Origin: Promethearchaeota archaeon
Lineage (GTDB): Archaea > Asgardarchaeota > Lokiarchaeia > Sigyniarchaeales > SOKP01
DNA length: 28,448 nt
Direction of reading: 5' to 3'
Assembly: GCA_048941265.1 (NCBI GenBank)
Contig: JBHLNT010000040.1
Coordinates: 1-28,448, forward strand
Part shown: piece after piece, positions 9,297 through 17,053 of the stretch
How the letters are laid out: each line of letters begins with the position of its first letter
How positions within the stretch are numbered: the first letter of the stretch is position 1
The notes under the pieces: generated by a model
Database searches by the model: none
What the model saw: the letters and a program-made list of their open reading frames with translations, nothing else
What the model was told of the DNA's origin: nothing
Position numbers and translations under genes: made by a program

Positions 9297-10307
9297 ATGA
9301 AAGCAGCCGTTTTTGATGGAAAAGAGATTAAAATTAAAGAAGTTCCAAAACCTCATCCAACAAATTCTCAAGCGCTAATTCGTGTAAAAGCAGCAGGAAT
9401 CTGCGGAACTGATCTTGCTATAGTTAAAGGTTATTTGCCTACTCCAACACCTCTAATACTAGGACATGAATTTGCCGGAGAGGTTGTAGAAGTAGGAAAA
9501 GATGTTGATTCCTCGTGGATAGGGAAGCGAATTACTTCTGAAATTAATAGTAATATTGATTTTGACTGTTTTTATTGTAAACGTGAAATTTTTACTCAAT
9601 GTATCTCAAGAAAGGCACTTGGTATTGACATTAATGGCGCATTTGCTGAATTCATTGCAGTTGAATCCTATTTGTTGCATGAATTTCCTGAATCAATCTC
9701 GTATGAAGAGGCTACATTTATAGAACCATTGGCTGCAGCTTACCAAACATTTGAAATGATGCCTTTAGGACCAGATGATAATATAGCGGCAATCTTTGGA
9801 CTTGGAAAATTAGGTCAGCTAATAGTTCAAGTTGCTAAGTTAAAGGGTCTCGGGTTGATTATTGTAGATGGAAATGAAAAAAAATTAGCACTAGCTAAGA
9901 AATTTGGTGCTACTCATATTATTAATAGACTTCAAACAAAAGATATACCAAACGCGATTCAAGATTTAACAAACGGCCTAGGTGCTGATATTATAATTGA
10001 CACTTCGGGTAATCCTGATGCGTTACAAGACATAATTGCTTCATGTAGAACTAGAGGTAAAATCCACATAAAAAGTACCCATGGTTTAGCAACACCTATT
10101 AATCTTACAGACATAGTAGTTCGAGAAATAACTCTTTATAGTAGTCGATGTGGACCTTTTGAAAAAGCAATTGACGGTTTAAAATCAGGAAGTATAAAAG
10201 TGGAAGAATTGATCTCTCAAGAATTTCATCTAGAGAGCATTTTTAAGGCCATTACATCATACAATAAGGACCCAAATCAGATCAAAATAATTATAAAAAT
10301 GGATTAA
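9297..10307 (+). CDS. Zn-dependent alcohol dehydrogenase (MDR family, threonine/sorbitol dehydrogenase-like)
   Basis: GICGTD, GHEFAG, EPLAA and Rossmann GLGKLG. ATG 9297 (MKAAVF) fits the family N-terminus better than TTG 9279. Confidence 0.88.
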   Translation: MKAAVFDGKEIKIKEVPKPHPTNSQALIRVKAAGICGTDLAIVKGYLPTPTPLILGHEFAGEVVEVGKDVDSSWIGKRITSEINSNIDFDCFYCKREIFTQCISRKALGIDINGAFAEFIAVESYLLHEFPESISYEEATFIEPLAAAYQTFEMMPLGPDDNIAAIFGLGKLGQLIVQVAKLKGLGLIIVDGNEKKLALAKKFGATHIINRLQTKDIPNAIQDLTNGLGADIIIDTSGNPDALQDIIASCRTRGKIHIKSTHGLATPINLTDIVVREITLYSSRCGPFEKAIDGLKSGSIKVEELISQEFHLESIFKAITSYNKDPNQIKIIIKMD

Positions 10308-11212
10308 AATGTTTTTGTTAAATTTGAAATAAGAATATCCATAAATTCCTTTCGACCATTATATTCTGCAAAATCCGTGCAAACTATTATCGGAGCAGAA
10401 TTTTCTTTTTTTTGTTTCGTAATAGATATTTTACCGTTTTCTCCTACAATAAAAAAATAATTGATGGTTTTAAATAAATTAGGCCTCATCAGATAAATTG
10501 GTACAAACGCATCGAATGGAAAGAACCCGCCTTTATCGCTAAATTTCCATAATTTAAGCCAAAAATCCACATTTTCAGCGATAAACTGCTGGATTGGTTT
10601 ATCTATGGATCGAATTTGTTTTAAGTGATCTTCGTTAAAAATAACCTTACAACATATGTCTAATGCCATTAGAATACGTGGAGTAAGAGTTTGTGCCTCG
10701 ATAATGGTTTTAGTTGCTAAGGGATCACTTTTAAAGTTAAATTCTGTATCATTAAAGAATTGGTCTCCTATAGAGTTTTTATTATTAATGAAAGGATTTA
10801 TTGGTTCTATTACTCCACCCATCGTTATGATACTTTTTAGATTATTTAAAAAATCCGGATAATTTTTTAGAGCAGATGCAATATTAGTTAACGGTCCAAG
10901 AGTTAAAAGAGTCAATTCATTAGGTTTTTCTTTAACTTTATCGATTAAAAACTGTGAAGCTTCATTAATATAACCGAAGTCATGTTTAGACCTTGCGCCT
11001 AAAAAATAGGGAATATTTGTTTTTCCTACTAAATTTAAATATTTTTTAAGGAGTTTAAAACCTTGCTTCACTTGAGTATTTCCAAAAACTGTCGTAATCC
11101 CCTCAATTTCAAAAAAATCAGGATTATTTAACATCAAAAATAAAGCAAGTCCATCATCAACATCTGCAAAATTTTTACCGAGTCCCGGATCAGTATCTAT
11201 TAATACTTTCAA
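10304..11212 (-). CDS. Nucleoside hydrolase (IU-NH superfamily)
   Basis: DTDPG...DVDD, TTVFGN, LGPLTN, MGG and EFNFKSDP. TTG start after a GGGGA SD-like site. Confidence 0.88.
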   Translation of the reverse strand: MKVLIDTDPGLGKNFADVDDGLALFLMLNNPDFFEIEGITTVFGNTQVKQGFKLLKKYLNLVGKTNIPYFLGARSKHDFGYINEASQFLIDKVKEKPNELTLLTLGPLTNIASALKNYPDFLNNLKSIITMGGVIEPINPFINNKNSIGDQFFNDTEFNFKSDPLATKTIIEAQTLTPRILMALDICCKVIFNEDHLKQIRSIDKPIQQFIAENVDFWLKLWKFSDKGGFFPFDAFVPIYLMRPNLFKTINYFFIVGENGKISITKQKKENSAPIIVCTDFAEYNGRKEFMDILISNLTKTF

Positions 11213-11339
11213 ACAATATCCCCTTAAAGCAAATTTAAAAGATAGAGGTTTTAGCTTAAATTTACTTAAACCTTATTAATAATTAAAAATTTTCTGTATA
11301 TAAAAGGTTTTTTAATGAACTTCTGAGGAAAGCAAATAA

Positions 11340-12122
11340 ATGAAGCCACATCATAAAAAAGCAATCGAAAAATTAACTGAAAATCTCAAAGAAGATGAGA
11401 GGTATTTAGCTGTAATAATTACAGGTTCGGTGGCTAAAGGGGAAGAAAGGGATGATTCAGATATTGATTTTATTCTGGTAGTTACAGATGAGGAATATGG
11501 AAAAAGAAAAAGGAGAAATAGAGTTTTTTTCTTTGATACCCAATATTGTGATTATCCGGGGGGATATGTTGATGGAAAAATTGTAAATCTAGAATTTTTA
11601 AAGATTGCTGCTGAACGAGGTTCTGAACCTGCGAGAGATGCATTTAGAGATGCATGGATCGCCTTTTCTAAGATCCCTGAACTCGAAGAAATTTTGAAAA
11701 AAATTCCCATATATCAGAAAGATGAAAAATCTGAAAAAATTCAGAGTTTTTTAGCACAACTCGATATAGCGTTTTGGTTTATCGGAGAAGCAGAAAGAAG
11801 AAAGGATAAATATTTATTAACTCGGGCAGCTACAGATCTGGTTCTCTTCGGAGGGAGATTAATTTTAGCTCATAATGAAATCCTATATCCTTTCCATAAA
11901 TTATTCATGAATGCATTAAAAAGAGCTCCAGAAAAGCCTGAAAATCTCATTGAATTAATTGAAGCTTTATTAGATGAGCCTAGTTCTAAAAATGGGCAGG
12001 CTTTTTATGAAGCAGTGAAAAGTTTTAGAAAGTGGAGAATGCGTGGATTTGCCAATGTGCAATTTATGCTTGATACTGAACTAGCTTGGGTCGAAGGAAA
12101 ACCCTATATAGGAGATATTTAA
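11340..12122 (+). CDS. Pol-beta-type nucleotidyltransferase domain protein with a helical C-terminal domain
   Basis: GSVAKG-x5-SDID motif and a probable third Asp in YVDGK. The architecture resembles KNTase/LinB-type enzymes. Confidence 0.8.
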   Translation: MKPHHKKAIEKLTENLKEDERYLAVIITGSVAKGEERDDSDIDFILVVTDEEYGKRKRRNRVFFFDTQYCDYPGGYVDGKIVNLEFLKIAAERGSEPARDAFRDAWIAFSKIPELEEILKKIPIYQKDEKSEKIQSFLAQLDIAFWFIGEAERRKDKYLLTRAATDLVLFGGRLILAHNEILYPFHKLFMNALKRAPEKPENLIELIEALLDEPSSKNGQAFYEAVKSFRKWRMRGFANVQFMLDTELAWVEGKPYIGDI

Positions 12123-12273
12123 TAAACTATTTCTATTTTATAAAAAATTTTTTACCACTTATCCAAAAAAATTAATCATTATACAAAACTATAAAAAAAA
12201 ATTCCCGATTATTTAAGTAAGCTAAAAATTATTAGCTAATTCTATATATTTATTTATATATTGAAAAAGGGGA

Positions 12274-15200
12274 TTGGTTTTGGAAAAAGCAAGAACCGGT
12301 ACGAATCTTTTTAATGAGAAAGGGACATTATTTTTTAAAACTCTTCCTATGCCTTCTTATGTTTGGCAAATAGTTGAGAACCATTTTATTCTCATTGATT
12401 ATAACAATGCCGCTTATGATATTACTAACGGAACTATCGAAAGCTTTCTAGGGATTAAAGCATCAGAATTATATAATGATCAACCTGGAATTCTGGAAGA
12501 CTTAAATAAATGCATTAGGGAAAAATCGAATTTCTTCAAAGAAATTAAATATAAATTTAACTCGGTTGATAAGGAAAAGTATTTATCTGTCAATTATGGA
12601 TTTATACCTCCTAATATCGTTATTGTACATATGAATGATATTACTGAAAAGAAATTCGCAGAGCAAAAAGTTGCTGAGAGGAAAGAAGCGGAGAAAAAGT
12701 TAAAAGAATCAGAAAAAAAATATAGGCATCTATTCGAGACTTCACCTCTTATGATAGTGTTATTAGATAGTAATGGAAAGATTCTTGACTTTAATCCTGC
12801 TGGTCTTAATCTCTTTAACTTTAAAAAAGAAGAAATTATTGGAAAAAATTATCAAGAATTAGAGAATATACCGTTGAAAAACGTGTCGATTTATAAGGAA
12901 AAGTTAAACACTTTGTTCAATAAGGGTATTTTAGAACCATTCGAAATTCGAGCTATGGTTAAGGGTAAGGTATTAAAGTGGATGAATATTCAAGGCTCCT
13001 TAGTTGATATTGAAAATAAAAAATTAGTACAAATAATATTTCAAGATATTAATGAGCAAAGAATTGCTGAGCAAAAGCTAAAAGAATCCGAAGAAAAATA
13101 TCGTCTTATAGCAGAAAATGCTAATGATATTATTTATATTCTAAATCAAGATTATAAATTAGAATATATAAATGAAAATGATTTTATGAAACAATTGGGT
13201 TATACAAGTGAAGAATTAATAGGTAAATCTCCATTGGAGCTTATTCATCCCGAAGATATTCGAAGGGTTCGCAAAGGGTTAATAAAAGGGTTTAAAATCG
13301 GTCAAGGAATGATTCAGGTTAGAATCAAGGATAAAAAAAACATTTATCATTGGTTTGAAGTTCGAGGAACAACATTTTTAGACACCAATGGAAAAACTAA
13401 AGTGCTTTCAATAGCTCGTAATATCACTGAACGCAAGCATGTAGAACAAGAGTTAAGGAATTCGCTTGAAAATCGTAAGGAATTAGAGAATATCATTAAT
13501 AGAAGCCTTGCAGTTGTTTTTCTTTGGAAAAATAAAGAAGGATGGCCGGTTGAATATGTATCTGAAAATATTGAACAATTTGGATATACTCCTGAAGAAT
13601 TTTTCTCCGGCAAATTAACATATAGCGAAATTATACACCCTGATGATTTGGAAAGAATTGCTGCCGAAGTCAATTTTCATAGTATGGAGGGGATTCAAGA
13701 ATTCGAACAAGAATATCGAATTATCACGAAAAGTGGAGCAATTTGTTATATTAACGATCATACATGGATACGGAAAAATCAGAGAGGTGAGATTACTCAT
13801 TATCAAGGGATTATTTTAGATATTACTGAACGCAAGTCTTTTGAACTTGAATTAAAAGAATCAGAAGAAAAATTCAGGACACTTGCGGAACAATCTTTTC
13901 TGGGAATCGCTATAATTCAAGATAATTTGGTTAAATACATAAATCAAAAAATAGCGAACTTATTTGGCTATTCAATGGATGAAATTCTAAATTGGTCGGC
14001 TGGACAGTTTTTAGATGTAATACATCCCGAAGATAGAGAATTTGTAACTAAACAGGTAATGAAGAAACAATTAGGTGAGAAGAATTCTATTAATCAATAT
14101 CAATTTAGGGGAATTAAAAAGAATAATGATATCATATGGTTAGAAGTTTTTTCTAAAACTATTAATTACCAAGGAAAAACCGCAGATTTTATTACAATCT
14201 TAGACATAACAGAAAAAAAATCAGCAGAAGAAGCACTAAAATCCGAAAAAAAATTTTCGGAGGATGTAATAAATACGACCTCTGATACGATATTCCTATT
14301 TGAACCGCTAACTGGAAAAGCTATTAGATGGAATAAATCATTTAGCGAGGTCACTGGATACACAGATGAAGAAATTTTTTCAATGAAAGCTCCTCATTCC
14401 TATTATAACGAGGAAGACCTAGTCCGAGCAGCTGAAGCTATTAATAAGATATCAGAAATTGGAGAGGCCACTGTTGAATTGTCGTTAATTACTAAAGATG
14501 GGAGATCTGTACCATTTGAATATAGGGCTAGATCCTTTCAAACTCCAGATGGCACAGAACTAATAACTTCTTTTGGTAGAGATATTACTGAGAGAAAGGA
14601 GAATGAAACAAAATTAAGAGAGTCTGAAGAAAAATATCGTGAAGCATATAATCGTGCCAATTTCTATAAAGACCTTTTTGCACATGATATAAATAATATC
14701 ATGCAGGTTATCAATTCATCAGCAGAACTTATCATGTACTATCAAGATAGTTTCGAAAAAACTAAGGATATTAGAACAATAGCAGAATTGATCAAAAAAC
14801 AGATTGCGAGAGCAAAACTATTAGTGAATAATGTAAATACTCTATCAGAACTAGAAGAAAGCACAAAACCAATTAAGATTATAGATGCTTATGAATTGTT
14901 GCAAAATTCAGTTAATTTCGTAAGAACCGCTTACCAGGAGAGAGCTATTGATATATCAGTTCAATCTCATAGTGATAGAATATTTGTTCATGCCAATGAG
15001 TTGCTGGAAGAAGTTTTTGATAATATCTTAACTAACGCTGTTAAATATAATGATAAATCCCTTATTGAAATCTTAATTTTTGTATCCAAGGAAACAAAGG
15101 GAGAACAAAAGTATTTTAGGTTTGAATTTATAGACAACGGTATCGGAATACAAGATGAGCGAAAAGATTTAATATTTAAGCGAGGACACAGAAAACTCAA

Positions 15201-15345
15201 GGGACAAAAAGGGATGGGATTAGGATTATCTTTAGTAAAAAAAATTTTAAGTACTTTGAATGGAGAAATCTGGGTTGAAAACAGGATAAATAAGGATTAT
15301 TCTAAAGGAAGTAAATTCATATTATTGATCCCAGAAGCACCATAA
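12274..15345 (+). CDS. Cytoplasmic multi-PAS sensor histidine kinase
   Basis: Six PAS/PAC modules ending in DITE(R/K)K-like linkers, H-box LFAHDINN, N-box NILTNAVKY, G1 DNGIGI and G2 GMGLGL. No TM segments. Confidence 0.93.
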   Translation: MVLEKARTGTNLFNEKGTLFFKTLPMPSYVWQIVENHFILIDYNNAAYDITNGTIESFLGIKASELYNDQPGILEDLNKCIREKSNFFKEIKYKFNSVDKEKYLSVNYGFIPPNIVIVHMNDITEKKFAEQKVAERKEAEKKLKESEKKYRHLFETSPLMIVLLDSNGKILDFNPAGLNLFNFKKEEIIGKNYQELENIPLKNVSIYKEKLNTLFNKGILEPFEIRAMVKGKVLKWMNIQGSLVDIENKKLVQIIFQDINEQRIAEQKLKESEEKYRLIAENANDIIYILNQDYKLEYINENDFMKQLGYTSEELIGKSPLELIHPEDIRRVRKGLIKGFKIGQGMIQVRIKDKKNIYHWFEVRGTTFLDTNGKTKVLSIARNITERKHVEQELRNSLENRKELENIINRSLAVVFLWKNKEGWPVEYVSENIEQFGYTPEEFFSGKLTYSEIIHPDDLERIAAEVNFHSMEGIQEFEQEYRIITKSGAICYINDHTWIRKNQRGEITHYQGIILDITERKSFELELKESEEKFRTLAEQSFLGIAIIQDNLVKYINQKIANLFGYSMDEILNWSAGQFLDVIHPEDREFVTKQVMKKQLGEKNSINQYQFRGIKKNNDIIWLEVFSKTINYQGKTADFITILDITEKKSAEEALKSEKKFSEDVINTTSDTIFLFEPLTGKAIRWNKSFSEVTGYTDEEIFSMKAPHSYYNEEDLVRAAEAINKISEIGEATVELSLITKDGRSVPFEYRARSFQTPDGTELITSFGRDITERKENETKLRESEEKYREAYNRANFYKDLFAHDINNIMQVINSSAELIMYYQDSFEKTKDIRTIAELIKKQIARAKLLVNNVNTLSELEESTKPIKIIDAYELLQNSVNFVRTAYQERAIDISVQSHSDRIFVHANELLEEVFDNILTNAVKYNDKSLIEILIFVSKETKGEQKYFRFEFIDNGIGIQDERKDLIFKRGHRKLKGQKGMGLGLSLVKKILSTLNGEIWVENRINKDYSKGSKFILLIPEAP

Positions 15346-15524
15346 TTAAGAAGGGTTGACAATAGTTTTTATTTTATTAAAAAAAATCTTCTAATTTTTA
15401 CTTAACAATTTTAGTGATTTTATATAAACAATAAATCTGAATTGAAAATCGTTATTGTTTTTATTAACCCTAATTATAAATTTCTGAATTTTCATTAGTT
15501 TCTCAAAACGCATTTAGTAGAAAT

Positions 15525-15878
15525 ATGGATAAATCAAAAAATTATTACAAAATTCTTGAAGTTGAAAAAGATGCCAGTGAAGAAGAGATTAAGTTGGCAT
15601 ATAGGAAGCTGGCTAAAAAATACCATCCTGATTTAAACAAGAATGATCCACATGCTAAAGATAAATTCATTGAATTAAAAGAAGCATATGATATTCTAAT
15701 TGATCCAAAAAAACGTAAGATATATGATCAAATAGGATATAATCCTCAAAATATTGACTTTAGTGATCTTTTTAGTAAATATGATAATAGAACACTTAGA
15801 GAGCTTTTTAGATCCATATTTGGTAATAATATTAGGAGGGAACACTCCAAACCTCCCCCAGAAACTATGTATATCTAA
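15525..15878 (+). CDS. Small J-domain (DnaJ-like) protein
   Basis: NYYKILEV...[14 protein letters not shown]...[15 protein letters not shown]. No G/F region or zinc finger. Confidence 0.9.
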   Translation: MDKSKNYYKILEVEKDASEEEIKLAYRKLAKKYHPDLNKNDPHAKDKFIELKEAYDILIDPKKRKIYDQIGYNPQNIDFSDLFSKYDNRTLRELFRSIFGNNIRREHSKPPPETMYI

Positions 15879-15907
15879 TTTTTGTTATTTTTATATATAC
15901 AAAATAT

Positions 15908-15979
15908 TATCCAAAAACCCGAGCAGGGTTGTCATCGTGCGTCTCATTTTTTTACGCAAGATTCATTCCAAACTGGATA
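15908..15979 (-). promoter_or_regulatory. SECIS element (eukaryote-like) in the 3' UTR of the selenoprotein
   Basis: The minus-strand RNA reads UAUCCA-GUUUGGA-AUGA-AUCUUGCGU-AAAAAAAUGAG-ACGCACGAU-GA-C-AACCCUGCUCGGGUU-UU-UGGAUA. This gives an AUGA/GA core, a helix II with 8 of 9 pairs, an A-rich apical loop and a UAUCCA/UGGAUA helix I. It begins 5 nt after the stop codon of a gene with in-frame UGAs. Confidence 0.88.
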
Positions 15980-15984
15980 TTTAA

Positions 15985-16500
15985 TTATAAATATTTATCA
16001 ATTGCTTCTGTTAGTATTTCTATTGATGGTCTATCTTCTTTACCACCTATATAATACCAAACTATTTCTCCATTTTTATTGATGAGTACTTTAGCAGGAA
16101 CAGCATTATTAACTTGTAAATCATCATGACCGTCGGTTTTTTCTGTTACAAACATATTGTATGATTTAGCTATGTTTCCACCCTTGTCAGAGATAATCGA
16201 GAAATTAAAATTATTATTATCTTTCATTTTTTTCAATCGTCTGATACTATCCTTTGCTATTGCTATTAACTTGACGTTGCGTTTTTCAATCTCTGACATA
16301 TTTTTGGTTAAGTATTTAAAATGCTTTATTCAATATACTCACCATCCCCCTCTAAAGAAGTCGATTAGAACCCCTCGATGATTCTTAAGCATAATCGCTA
16401 AATTTACTTCATTATCATCAATGTCGGTTGTTTCAATAAGAGGAGCTTTGGAACCAATAGGTAATCCTTTATTAGGTATAGTAATATGTAAATCTGTCAT
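15985..16500 (-). CDS. AhpC/TSA (peroxiredoxin-like, thioredoxin-fold) selenoprotein with a UxxU motif, 171 aa
   Basis: ATG 16500 reads MTDLHITIPNKGLPIGSKAPLIETTDIDDNEVNLAIMLKNHRGVLIDFFRGGW*VY*IKHFKYLTKN and continues in frame into the tracked 104-aa ORF (IISD...AKSY...VPAKVLINKNGEIVW...DRP). The TGA codons 54 (16341-16339) and 57 (16332-16330) occupy the CxxC positions of the family motif FxRGxWCPxC. Confidence 0.9.
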
Positions 16501-16703
16501 TAATATACAATAATTACATTAAAAATAAAAAAAATTCGGAAATAATTCAAAAAAAAGGTAAAGAATAACGATTCATTTGGCGTAAAATCTTAATATTCCT
16601 TAATCCTTGGCTAGGCAGTTAGCATACATCTATATTTTATACGTATACCTCATTCTATAAGGAATTAAACTAACATTTTTGATTACATCAGATATATTGT
16701 TTA

Positions 16704-16814
16704 TCATTTAAATCTCATTTCAATAAAATACACAAATTTTTTACAGCTAGGGCAATAACGGTATCCACTTGAATTTTCCTGCAATACATGTCCACATCTT
16801 TGGCAACTTATCAT
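16704..16814 (-). CDS. 36-aa zinc-ribbon microprotein
   Basis: MISCQRCGHVLQENSSGYRYCPSCKKFVYFIEMRFK has two CxxC knuckles (CQRCG, CPSC) 13 residues apart, typical of archaeal C(P)xCG one-domain zinc fingers. Confidence 0.65.
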   Translation of the reverse strand: MISCQRCGHVLQENSSGYRYCPSCKKFVYFIEMRFK

Positions 16815-17053
16815 ACTATATCATGTAGTTGATATTTACCCATCTTTTAAAGTTTAATTTTATATTTTAAAGGGATTTTGATAAAAAGAATAACTTATTA
16901 AACGACAAAAAAATCGATTTTTTATGATGAAAAAACGAACTTTTTATGGCTTGAATAAATTTAAATTATCCAACCCTATTATTATATCAATTCCCAAAAG
17001 TTTATTGCATCAAAATTTTATCTAAAATATTAACAGATAGGGGTTGTTTTTTT

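Noticed and set aside
12637-14591. Recurring GATATTACTGA and AAAGAATC units as a repeat array or CRISPR
   Set aside because: They are coding PAS linker motifs spaced hundreds of nt apart, not repeat-spacer units.
3297-15200. Short tracked ORFs 3297-3485, 4456-4704, 6075-6260, 8775-8978, 10656-10862, 13347-13673, 13615-13806, 14166-14363 and 14988-15200
   Set aside because: Antisense shadows inside well-supported genes, with no recognisable motifs.
15985-16299. Tracked 104-aa ORF as the complete gene, or the locus as a pseudogene
   Set aside because: The short ORF lacks the active site. The TGAs sit exactly on the CxxC positions, the upstream frame is otherwise intact and a SECIS follows, so Sec recoding explains the locus better.
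15754-16381. Plus-strand ORFs 15754-15984, 15882-16082 and 16157-16381
   Set aside because: They have no motifs, and they overlap the J-domain gene or lie antisense to the selenoprotein and its SECIS.
16561-16625. AUGAAUC match to the SECIS core upstream of the selenoprotein
   Set aside because: No complementary helix II or opposing GA could be formed, so it is probably a chance match.
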